Notes under the pieces: generated by a model
What the model saw: the letters and a program-made list of their open reading frames with translations, nothing else
Told to the model about the DNA's origin: nothing
Databases searched by the model: none
Assembly: GCA_964234715.1 (NCBI GenBank)
Contig: OZ174286.1
Direction: 5' to 3' (one strand)
Length of the DNA stretch: 64,000 nucleotides
Source: Podarcis melisellensis
Lineage: Eukaryota
Translations under genes and position numbers: made by a program
Shown: positions 23,412-35,006 of the stretch, piece by piece
Numbering within the stretch: the first letter of the stretch is position 1
Layout: each line of letters starts with the position of its first letter

Positions 23412-26400
23412 ATTTAGAGAACTCTAAATCTTGTTTTGCAGCTACTTTTTTATGGGTAGCTGCAAAAAGTTAACAGCAAGGTGTTGCAACAATGAGGGTG
23501 TATGTGTGACACAAGAATAGTTTAACTTTGTCTGGTATAATGCACTAGCAGAGAAATTGAAGTTTTCAGATGGCCAGACTGCGAAGACAATTTTGTGGGC
23601 ACGTGGTATGGTTTTACTGAATGGTTGAAAGGACCAAATACCCGTAACACCTTTCTCCAAACATGGTATGCTATGGGATGGTATATTGGGATGAAGTGAA
23701 AGCTTGAGAGGTATTTTATCTGTAGCCATCTATCAAATCTGAATGTATAACATATCACATGCTGTACTACTGCTTTAAAAAAAGCACAACCCCATAAAAA
23801 ACCACATGATACAATAAGTACAAAGAATTGGTAGCAATTTTCTTGCCAATCTAATCCACATTGCTCCAGAAGGCTGAAAAAAGAAAGTGCCTGCCGTGCC
23901 CTAGCTAGCTTTGAATAGATGCAGGTGACTTGAAGGAACCCACCACACTTGTGCAAAACTATTGGAGGCTGGTCAGAATTCAAGCGCTTGAATGGAAAAC
24001 TGAGCCCTATTCACCCATGTCTTCGCTTTTCCTAGTCATTCCAACCAAAAAGTCCTCCTCATTTGTAGATACTTTAAAGCAGACTTCCCTAATGTGATGC
24101 CCCACAAATGTTTTGAACCACTTCAGGCCTGCTGACTAGGCCTGATAAGGTCTAGGCCAAAACATGGAAGATGGCACCAGGCTGGGGAAGGCTGACCTGA
24201 AGAATACCGACTCTCAGTACAGACCCTTGTGAAGCCACACAGTTTATCTCTGACAACTCTCAGTTTACCCACTTTTTGGTTTTTCTGTCATTTTAAGAGT
24301 TCCCAATATAATTTTTTTATATAACAGAATCTTAAGTTATTCCATAGCTGCTAAGTTTTATGTGTCTGGCAAAGAACTTGGTCAGAAACAGAATATATAC
24401 CATACATACCTCTGTCTGCCAAAACCTAAACTTTTAAGGAACATGTTCTGGTTAAAGGTATGTTGATGTTCTTTCAGCATGGCTGCTTTTCCACATCCTT
24501 AATTCTGTTTATAAAAATCTTTCTGACCATTTCAAGACAGATGATTGGTCAATTTGTTCATATTAAGTGATTCTGGAAATCTTGTAACTTCATAGTACAA
24601 AAGCTGACTCTAAACATGTTGGTTTTCTGAATAGTTGAAAACTTACAACTACTTTAGAGAATGCAATTGAGGCTTGGATGACTACTGTGATATATTACTC
24701 AAGAAAAATGAATTGGGTTTGATATTTCTTGATATTTTGTAATGAAGATGCGACAAATTCATTGTTTTGCTATAATTCCTTCCCTTATAACTTTGCCAGT
24801 TACCAGTTTTACTGTTTTTCTGGCCAGCTTCTGATGTACTTAAATAATATTCATTGTGTAAATAAATAGTACATAAAGAGCAACATATCATTCAGTACCT
24901 TATGCTGAAATAGTCAGATAGTTAGAAGGAGACAACATGTGTAGTTATAGTAAGTCATAGACTTACATGTAACAAATGTGTGCTCCCCTTTGGGCTTGTT
25001 TCCATAACCTAGTAAAATAAAATGTGTCTGCAAGGTGGCATTCCTTTATCTACTTTCCTGTCAGTAATCCCCATTAAACTAAATGAGTTCAATGTACTGT
25101 ACTCCTGAGTAGACAGGTACCGGAGTGTGCTCCCAAGTAGGCTTCTCATTGGCTTGGTTGAAAGCATTCAGAAGTACTTGCATTGCCTATTATGTTCTCA
25201 AAACTTTTAATGTTATTGTTGAAGACAAGTAAAACATATCTGGGAGACAAGTGAAGCATGCCTGCAATATTTTTCCTGAAAGGAGTGATAGAGCAGCAGT
25301 GTCATCTAGCTTATTTAAGTTGTTAATGGTTTATGGCTGTGTGCAGCAGCTTCATCACAAGTGTATAGGAGAATTGTATGTCAGGCCCTGAACTTTGTCC
25401 TGAGTTCCTGTGTGCTTCTGAAAAGTGTTATCTGTATCATTCTGCAGTGACCCCCTCTGGCTGGCAGGCATAAAAGCAGCCATATCTAATTCACTTTCTC
25501 TCCCCCCTCCCCTTAATGTAAAGATCCTAAAACAGAAATATCATATTTTTGACTTTCTTCAGAAATAATATTTTCACTTAGTGGTGTTTATGTTTGAGTA
25601 AAAGTTTCAGAATGTAGGAAGATTTCCATTAAAGTGTTGTCTTGTTTTTCTTTAAAATGGCATTTGAACAGTTTTTATCAAATACTAGACAAAACTAAGC
25701 AAAATCCTATTTCGTTGTCATTATGACTGGGGACTTTGGGGTGGAAGAGAAGAATTTACTGCCAGAGGGAAAATTCCACACAACATGTGACTCTACTAGA
25801 AGAACAAAGGAATCATAGTTGCTCATAGTGGTAGTATTTTGCCCAATTAAAATCTTTACTTTTTAATAAACTGATTTCAGTAATGCAGGCCTCCTGTATA
25901 AATACAGTTTAGCAAGGTTGACAGACAGTTGCATGATTTTGTGCACACTGCTGCATGCTGAGACAACTGCTTCAATGTTTCAGTCCAGCAGTAAATGCTT
26001 TCTGCCTTCGAGCTGAAGCTTATTTAGTTGGGCTTATCTGGTGCTGCTGTAGCAACCATCAGTCTCCAGGCAACTGAGGCACATTGACCTCTTCGATGAA
26101 CTGAGTGTAGCACTACTTCAGTTTAGCTTCCTGAGACAATAGTAATGGCAGTGAATGTGAAAAATGGTTTTTTTGTGTGCGTGTTTTGGTAAGAGCCTAC
26201 ATTGCGATGAAAAGATGTCAAAATACTTCCGTGAATTTTGATATAACTTTGGAAAGGTTGTGTGCAAAACCTTTCACGGGAGTGGCCAAAGTTCACTGAT
26301 AGTGCAAAGCCCTTATATAAATATACTGTGAATTTTGAGCATTTCTGTACAGAACAGTGTTTGAAATTGACTAGTGTGCATTATGGGGCAATTGACTATG

Positions 26401-26837
26401 TTGTGTTAGGCTTTTTTAGTAATATGCCATGCCATTGCCTGACTATAATCTTGCTTGCTTGCTTAAAAAATGTACACCAGTGATTATCTGACTTCGCCAA
26501 AGTTCCTGCTGGAGAGTGAGCGGTGTTGTAATAGCAGTGTCTTCACAGTATATGCATTTGGCTGGAGGACAGAAAGCTTTGAAGCCGCATTCAACATAAA
26601 GTTGTATCTCCACTTGATCCTAGACATACTCTCCTGTTCTGTTTGGGTTTTCAACAATCAGAGGGCTAGTATCTGGCAGGTATCTTTTGTCTTTTAACAG
26701 TAAATATTAAAAATGTTGGAATAAAGGTATCAGATAATTTAGAAGACAAGTTAAGCTATTTAGTAGCTAATGATTAGACAGTACTGATTAGAGCTCTTTG
26801 CATCTAGTGACTTCATGGCTTATATTATAAGTAACTA

Positions 26838-27079
26838 CAGTGGTACCTCAGTTTATGAACTTAGTCCGTTCCGGAAGTCCGTTCTTAAACCAAAACCGTT
26901 CTTAAACCGAGGCATGCTTTCCCTAATGAGGCCTTCCACCGCCGGTGCCCTTCCACCGTTCGGATTCCGTTCTTAGACCGAGGTAAAGTTCTCAAACCAA
27001 GGCACTATTTCTGATTTTGCAGAGTTTGTAAACCAAATCATTCTTAAAACCTGACTGTTCTTAAACTGAGGTACCACTG
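26838..27079. mobile_element. Tc1/mariner MITE with the same TIR, opposite orientation to the 19076 copy
   Basis: TA|CAGTGGTACCTCAGTTTA...TAAACTGAGGTACCACTG|TA; internal GTTCTTAAACC repeats. Confidence 0.92.
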
Positions 27080-30000
27080 TATATGGCTACATGTTATTTT
27101 CTGTGGGAAATACAGAGTGTTCTTAAAATGGACATCAGCTTTCCCTTTTTTTTGATATTTAAATTTTCAGTAATGTTAAATAACTAAGATTTATTTGTCT
27201 GTATGAAGCAGAGGAGGTTGTGGCCCTCCAGGTGTTGCCGGACTACAGCTTGCATCATCCCACCTATTGACCACACTGCCTGGGGCTGATGGGAGTCCCA
27301 ACATCTGGAGGACCACAGATTGTTCGTCCCTGCTATAGCTATGATTTAACAGCAAATCGCCCTTTGTAAACCCTGTGTAAAATGAACAGCACTTGGGGAA
27401 AAAATCATAAATACCAACAGGATATCAGACATTTTTGAGTGTTTTTGTTGAAACAACTTCCACTAGAAGAGGGAACAAAAATTGCACTTGTCATCTTAGA
27501 GAGGCGAAGGATCTCCAATTAAAATTACAGTGGTTAAGTTTTTTAAAGTACATCTATATGGAGAATATATTTCCATTTTAGCTTTGGCAAAAATATATTT
27601 GATAATCTTTGTATCCTCTTTTCCAAATTCCGATGATAAAGAATTTTAAAAAATAAAAGGAAATATTTCTGGTCTGAAGCAAATAATGATGCTGTTCTTC
27701 ATTTAATTTTAAAGTATGGAAATAATTGTGACCCTCAACAATTATTAACAAAAAAATTAATTTGCAAGGGGGTATTTATTGGATATAAACTGATTTTACA
27801 AAGCAGCTTTGGAATTGGTGGCTCAGGCCTTTCTTGTTGTCCTATCATGAATGAAGGAGAGTTCAGTAATGGTTTAAGTACAATTAAATCCCTCCCCCTT
27901 CTTTATGGAAACTCAACTGTGGGCATTTCAGCATTAGCCTAAACAATGGTTTTGAATATGTTAAGCCCCTAACAATTAGAGTGAAGTTTGGGGCATTGAA
28001 TAATGTCGGAATGATGCAATTGAACCTGACAGCTTCAACAGTCAGCCTACTCATGGGACCTGAAAGTTGTTCACACTTGGTTTCATCTCTCATCACACGC
28101 TGAGTATTAAAACCTTAGTCGTGGGGAGCTTAGACAGGAATGGGGGCTGTATCAGAAAATACTAAATATCCTAAAAGTTGAGGTGACTGGGTGCTTGTGC
28201 TTGATTTTTAAGACTATAGGGGTTCTGTCATATTTAGAAAAAAAGTGTTCTGCCAGGTTTTATTCTTACATATTGATTTTCTTAAAATTTAAGGGACACA
28301 TCATGTGGCTATTTGCTAGATGTAGAAATAACTACTAATAAAATCTTAGGGCACGACCCACTCTCCTGTTGGTGCAGTTCCTATGTGCATAGGGTGTCTG
28401 TTCACAATGGAGACCCATTCATCTTGCCCCTACTCTTAACCTGCATGTGCAACACAATAGGCTTTTTGAGCCTGAGTAACCTGCCCTGACCAGAGAGGAA
28501 GGGCAGGATGGGAGTATGGAAGGCAAACACAGACCTACCATCTCCTTGACTGGCTGCCTGTGCATGCATGTAGTCAGGGGAGGGGGGGAAATAAGGCTCT
28601 CTTGAGCCTATGGAAATTGTTTGTGCATGGGCACAGCATATGAGCTGCTCTGGATTATGCCTCATGTCATTAAGCAAATAATTCTAAATAGGTAATGGCT
28701 TATTTAAAACATTGACTTACCCAGTTTGCTTTTCTGTTTCATGCAACACAGAGACTAGGTATAGGTCTCTGTATTGCCTTTAATCAGAACATTAAAATGA
28801 TATTTTTATAAGGTATACCTTCCACGATCTGCTTCTATTTTTAGTACATTGCATTACCTATAGATAAAAGGCATTTTGTAAGTGTCCAGAATCTATGTGC
28901 TGAAACATCTTTAAAGTTAAGTTTCACATGGATAGAAAGTGCATTTCAGTCTTGAGTTGATGTTTCTGATTAAACCGAGTTAGCTGAAGTAAAGTGAAAT
29001 GCAGTTTCAGAACTGCATATTGGTACATGTTTGAACCCATTATCTTAAACGTAGTGATAGGATGAGTCTGCCTTTTAAAGAAACGCTTCTTCAGTGTTTT
29101 TCAACTTCAAATGAAACATGATTCTTTTACTTCACCTTTAAACAATGCAGCAGTGGGATACTTTACTTTCCTGTCCAAATTAAGTTCCTATATAAATAGT
29201 AATCCTGCCTCTAATTTCTTTTTCCCCCTGACAGTGTTTTGGTTCATGATATACTTCCCAATTAATGACCAATTTGATTAAAACAGCTTTTATTGCAATT
29301 TAGGAATAATATTTGAAATATAATGTGTACATCTCTGGGAACTATAAAATATTGCAAAATGTTGAATTTGAATGGGTCTAAATTTGTGTGTGTGTAGTAA
29401 AAAAAAGGGTTCGCTTTTCAAATGTTCAAAAATATTATTTTCTTTTGTCCTGTTTTAGTCGGTGGGTTGGATAGCTACCATGGTTGGAAAGGTACCAGCA
29501 ATTTTTGCATGTTTGGCAAGATGAGATAAAAAACCTACTACTTGCAGCTAAATCTCTGTGAAATCAATGGATAGGATCCAAAGAACAACACTCCTAATTA
29601 TGTGTTCAAGGAGCTTGTGTTTCTTGAGCAGTTCCTTGTTCAGTATAGCAAACTGCTTCTGAAAGGGCTGGGTCTCAAAAGCAGTTTGTGTTATAGCATG
29701 GGGTCTTGCTGTCCCGTGTGTGGGGAGTTAAAAACCTTACTGGGCTTGTCAGAAATTATCTCTGTGGATTTTTGCCAGTGGATCTGTTGTCCAAGGGCTA
29801 TGTCTAGAATCAGCACAGGAAAATGCTTGCAGCAAAAAAGTTGGACTTGGATGGGGAAACAACTAAGCACTCATTATTCTCTGCTTTTCACCAGTGCGTT
29901 TTATTGTATTGGAAATGGGCATAGTACTTTTATTGTGCTAGGAGGAATAATGAGTTAAGTGCAAAGACCTGCATTTTTTTGTATAAATTCTGCAAATTCT

Positions 30001-30434
30001 CGGGGACTTGCCTTCTTATTGCATTTTAATCCTTAGGACCTTTTGGGAGGGTAATTAAGAGGACAGTAAATGAATTAGGACTTGGGCAAAACCTACAAAG
30101 TATTTTTATTTCGTGTAATTCCAGCTTTCTTAAGAATATTGTTTGCATGTATATGATTATACAAATGAATTCAAAATTGCTCTTCTAATCCATAATTCAA
30201 CTCCATGAATATTCACTGAGTACTGCATCGAGTGGCAACTTGTGTGTGTGAATGAGCCATCACTGAACAGCTACCACAGTGAGAACTTTCTCATTCATAC
30301 TTAATTTGGGCTGCCATTTAGTGCGTAATCTTCACTAGGTAGCTTGCATAATATAATTAAATTAAAAACAGCAGTATTAAAAACGATCTAAGAAAATTAA
30401 AGAAACAAGTAGCGTAAAACCAAACACCTTTAAT

Positions 30435-30777
30435 CAGGCGTTCCCAAACTGTTTTCTGTGGATCACCAGTGATCCATGAGCTTCACTCGGGTGGTCCATG
30501 GCATGCCCGTATTAAATATCCATATTGATTTTAATTATATATTTTTATTGCTTATTTTATTTCTTATACCATACTTTAATGTATTACAATTTCAGTTATA
30601 TGGAATGCAAATTAAAATAAAAGAATTAAAAGAAGCAATAAAAATACAATTAAAAAATCATACAGCATCTAGCAAAGTGCATCACAATTGCTACAACAGG
30701 CAGAAAAATCATTAAGTGCACCAAGACCCTCAACAATTTTCAAGTGGCCTGTAGAGGAAAGAAACTGGGAAGTGCTG
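30435..30777. mobile_element. Degenerate hAT/Charlie-like MITE with an AT-rich interior
   Basis: CAGGCGTTCCCAAAC start, ...TGGGAAGTGCTG end; weak TSD CCTTTAAT / CCTTAAAC. Confidence 0.55.
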
Positions 30778-33153
30778 CCTTAAACCATTTTACAGCAGCA
30801 CACCAAAAGATCTATGTTGCCCCGGTTCTTTTCAATAGAGCCATTTCACACATTCAGCTGCAAATAATCTAGTTGGCAGTCTTAAGTATTCTTGCCAGGA
30901 AGTCTGTCACTGATTGAACTTTAAGGATTGAACTGTAAGCACAGAGCCATCAAATGATGCAAGTGATTGTATGAATTGGACTAAGTAATTCATTCCTTTT
31001 TTCTTATCTCGTAACATGTTAAAATGTTCAAAGGATTCAGCCCTTTTGATTCTCTTACAGAATAATAGGAATTACCTGCGCTCTGGATTTAGCCAGTGTT
31101 ACGCCACAAATTAGTAATGAAAATTCAGTATTTCATAAGTATCTTCTCTCATATCCCAGGTTTCCTTGGTATTTTGTGCAAAATAGGCAAAATACTTTTT
31201 TTGTCTTTGTTTTGGGTTTTGACTTACTTACTGATGCTTCCATGTAAAAATATTCTGTTCTGGTAGCAGATAAAGCACTGGATAATATCCAGCTGAATCA
31301 TCGCTTGAATTAGACCCATTGAAATAAATGGACTAAAGTCATTTATTTCAGTACGTCTACCCTAATAATGAACATCATCCAATGCATTAAATCACGAAAT
31401 TTTCAAGTGTGTGTGTGTGTGATTTCTTGTCAGTGCTTTGCTTGCACATGAAAATAGAAAAACTTGAAGAGTGGCTTTGGGGCACAATTTTCCCTTGGTT
31501 TATAAGCAAGGGCTATTGACTTTCTTTTGAAATAGTTGATAAATGTATACATTTGTAGAAGCTTAACATGTTGGCTGGAGGCCAAAGCCTAATAGCAGAG
31601 TAAGATTCTTTTAAAGATGCAGCTTATACTTTGTAATATTTTGCTTATGGTATTTATGTTGTGTGCAGGTAGTCAACCTTCTTTTAAATGGGGGGACAAG
31701 CTGTCCAATTTCAGCATTTTAAAAATCTGTTGATCTTAATGTCAAACACAAGTTTAACTATTCCATTGAATTCAATGGGTTGTGTTGTACAATCTCAAGT
31801 ATGCTTATGAGAAAGTAATTTTCCAGTGGGGCTTACTCCCTAGTAAGTGTGCTTGTGATCAGACACTTAACTTTGGCTGGATTACACCTTAAAATTTAAT
31901 TTCTTCTTCAAAAACAAATTTTCATGTTTTTTGAGTTTAAATTAAAACTATTTATAATTTTTAAGTGTTTAACTTTCTCTGCGTTAATACCATGAGGCTG
32001 AAATCTATAATATATTCTTCTTAAAAGCAATTCTCTGAAGAACTGGTAGCAGTTCACCAAGCTTCCAAATTGAGTATTAAATGAGTTATGTTAGTAGAAA
32101 GTAACAGAGTTAAGGGAAGAAGGTATTTTTATTACGCCGGATTAGACAAAAGTTCTGCCAGCCTCCTCAGTTTTATCTCTTCAAGGGTTCATTTTGCTTG
32201 TTTGGCACAAGTCCCAGCGGAGAACTTCAGAATTGTGGTTAGCAACATGAATGAATACAATTTTGGATGAGCTCTTCAGTAAGTTGAACTGGCCAGCTGC
32301 CAAAACTGAACTTCCTTATAAGGGGGTTGGGGCAGAGCTGTGATTCACGGAGCCCAACGTTGTATAGAAATGTACTTGTAATGGCTGTGTTTTCTGTAAA
32401 ATAAAACAAAAACAAAAACTTGGTTTCCTCGTGTAAATGAAATAGGAAGTAACCAAATAGTGTTCAGGTTTTACTAATGATAGAGCACAACAAAGGAAAT
32501 ATGACTCTATGCGGTTAAACTATAAAGCTGGAAGTTGGATCTTTTGACCTTCATTGCCTTCTCGTGATGTAAGGAACCCAAGCATTTGTGAGACATCTGT
32601 TGTCTACCTGCCCTTATTCTGTAAATGGTTTAAGAAGATTAAATAATTAGGAAAACCACATGGTCACCATGCAGCCAAGCCCTGGTATTGCCTGCGTCCT
32701 TTGGAAATGTGAGCAATTCTGTGTTACCCAACATTTTGTAGCAGTTACTTTGAAATGGTAGCTCATGCCATTTCTGGTGCGGATTAGTTTGGATGTTGCA
32801 ATGCTCTACAGCGGCGTTTTCCAAAGTGTGATACGTGTATCCCCAGGAATGTGTGTGCAAGGCTTACGGCAGAATTCTTTTGTTTGACTTAAAATATGTA
32901 TTGTTAAAACTACCCCCAAATCATCTGTCCCGCTATTATTTTAAGTTTGGGAAACACTCGTCTACGGTATCATAAAGTTGGAAATGTTTGTTTAGTTTTC
33001 AAATATATTTATTTGGTTCTAAGCCTGATTTGAAGACTGTACGTGTGTGATATTCTTGACTGCCTGTGTTGAGTTTGTGACACTTTCAGGTGATGCCTTG
33101 TTAGGTTTTTCTCTGCAAAAGTATAAACCTATTTTAATTTTATTTTTGTATAG

Positions 33154-33271
33154 GCAAATACCCTACCTGGATCTTCTCTCAGCCTGCCTCCATCTCATAC
33201 GTATGGCAATAGGCTGAACCCCACCTCAACAATGGGAGCACTTACATCTCAGTCTGAAAATAGTCAAACAG
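33154..33271 (+). CDS. MLLT10: MLLT10 exon (ANTLPGSSLSLPPSHTYGNRLNPTSTMGALTSQSENSQT), 118 nt, followed by a GC donor
   Basis: tttttgtatag acceptor; CAG|gcaaga donor is required to keep phase with the next exon. Confidence 0.92.
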
Positions 33272-34567
33272 GCAAGATAAAGATTTTCAAAATGTCTCTT
33301 TTGCACCGTATCTTTTAAAAGGATATTTTTTAGCTAATTCCTTCTTGCTTTTGGTTCAGCTGCATGTTGAACAGCTTGCTGCATTTTTGGAAATGAATGC
33401 TGCTTTACTGCAGAAGTCATTGCTGTGTATCTTCCACTGTCTGAAATGTAAATGTTTAAGCAGAGCCATGAGCAGGCAGGAATGCAACAATGTCTCCTGT
33501 GACTTTTGTGATTGATGCGTTCAGTTCTCTTAGTTCTCTGCAATGAGGGGAGAGCAGCGCTGGGGTTTGTTGTGAATAGTTTAAACCTTTATTTGCATAA
33601 TTCATGAAATTGCACGATATACAAGTTTGTGTGACCGAGATCCTGTTACGCAAACTTTCGCACTGTTTTTAAAAATGATGCTTTTTTAAAAAAAATAGTA
33701 TTGGCTTAAAAAGAAAAAAAAAATCTAATGAGCTGCTGGATTTGCTTTGTTTCATTCCATCCTTAAGGATTTGTTGACATGTCGTAATAGTCATGCCTGT
33801 TTGGGGGAAGGGAATGAGTTTAGCAGTTTACCAAGAATGGATCAGTCATGTCTTGCCCTCTAAGAGGCCAGAGGTCATTTGCTGCAGAATAGGGGGAGGG
33901 CAACCTTGAAGGGGGCAGATAGGGTTATTTTATTGAGAGGCCATAGGGAAAAATAACCCTTTTGAGTCCTACCGAGTAAGACGCTTCCATGTATTTAATG
34001 ATAGATTTTAAACACATCTCATATTCTCCATCTTTCTTTTTCTTCACTTTTAAAGTAATAGGCATTAACTTTTTTTAGAAAAATAATGTATGCTTTAACA
34101 TTTGTTAGTGGAACTTCTGGGGGGGAAAAGTTACTGATAAGAAGTAAATATACAGGGCGGTTTATGGGTTTTCCTGGGATGCAAAGTGTTAACAAAAATA
34201 CAAAGCCTGGGGATTTGCTGTGATAAGCATACAGATTAGCTGTCCACAGCTGTGATTCATTACTTTCGCTGCAGAAATTAAAAGTGGCTGAGGGGAGGGT
34301 ACTGGAAATGCAAGCCATGCTTCTGTGCTATAAAACTGAAAGCAATGAAAGGACTGAGGCTAATCCTTGGCCTGCTACGCTCAGAGAAATGTGTGCGGAC
34401 AATGCCTTCCCCACTGCAGTTAGCAGTTTTAAACTGGTAACCTTCTCTAGTGTTACTAGCAACTCCCAGATACTGGATTACATTTTGAAAGGATCTCCCT
34501 ATCTGCAACATCTTAAAATATTATCTCGGAAAGAGTCACTCTTGGCTTTGAAATATTTACTCTGCAG

Positions 34568-34640
34568 ATCAAGATCTTGGAGACAATAGCCGGAGCCTTG
34601 TGGGCAGGGGAGGTTCACCCAGAGGAAGCCTTTCACCACG
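34568..34640 (+). CDS. MLLT10: MLLT10 exon (DQDLGDNSRSLVGRGGSPRGSLSPR), 73 nt
   Basis: ctctgcag acceptor, ACG|gtaagc donor; near-identical to AF10. Confidence 0.96.
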
Positions 34641-34952
34641 GTAAGCAGTATTTACACTCGTGAGTTAAGGCAAAGGAAATATTCTTTAAGGCATGGAAAC
34701 TTTTATCTCTTATCAGCCATGCTTTCATTTAGGCTGAACAGAATTGTACAGATTTGTGTCTAGAGGGGTAAAGAAAAATGTTCCCAATATCAACTTAACA
34801 GGATTAACTAATAAAATAATATATTTTACCTCTGGTATGAAAATGGCTTTGGGGAATTCCACATCCCTCCAATTGTGACATAATCTTGGCTTACCTATAT
34901 GGCTAGTTGATTATTTGTATGTAAAATCCTGTGTATCAGCAGCCACAAAATA

Positions 34953-35003
<51 letters not shown>
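34953..35003 (+). repeat. Compound (TG)n(TA)n microsatellite
   Basis: Direct reading. Confidence 0.95.

Positions 35004-35006
<3 letters not shown>

Noticed and set aside
26838-27079. Short spaced repeats (GTTCTTAAACC) that look CRISPR-like
   Set aside because: They are internal repeats of a TA-flanked MITE in vertebrate DNA, irregularly spaced, with no cas genes.
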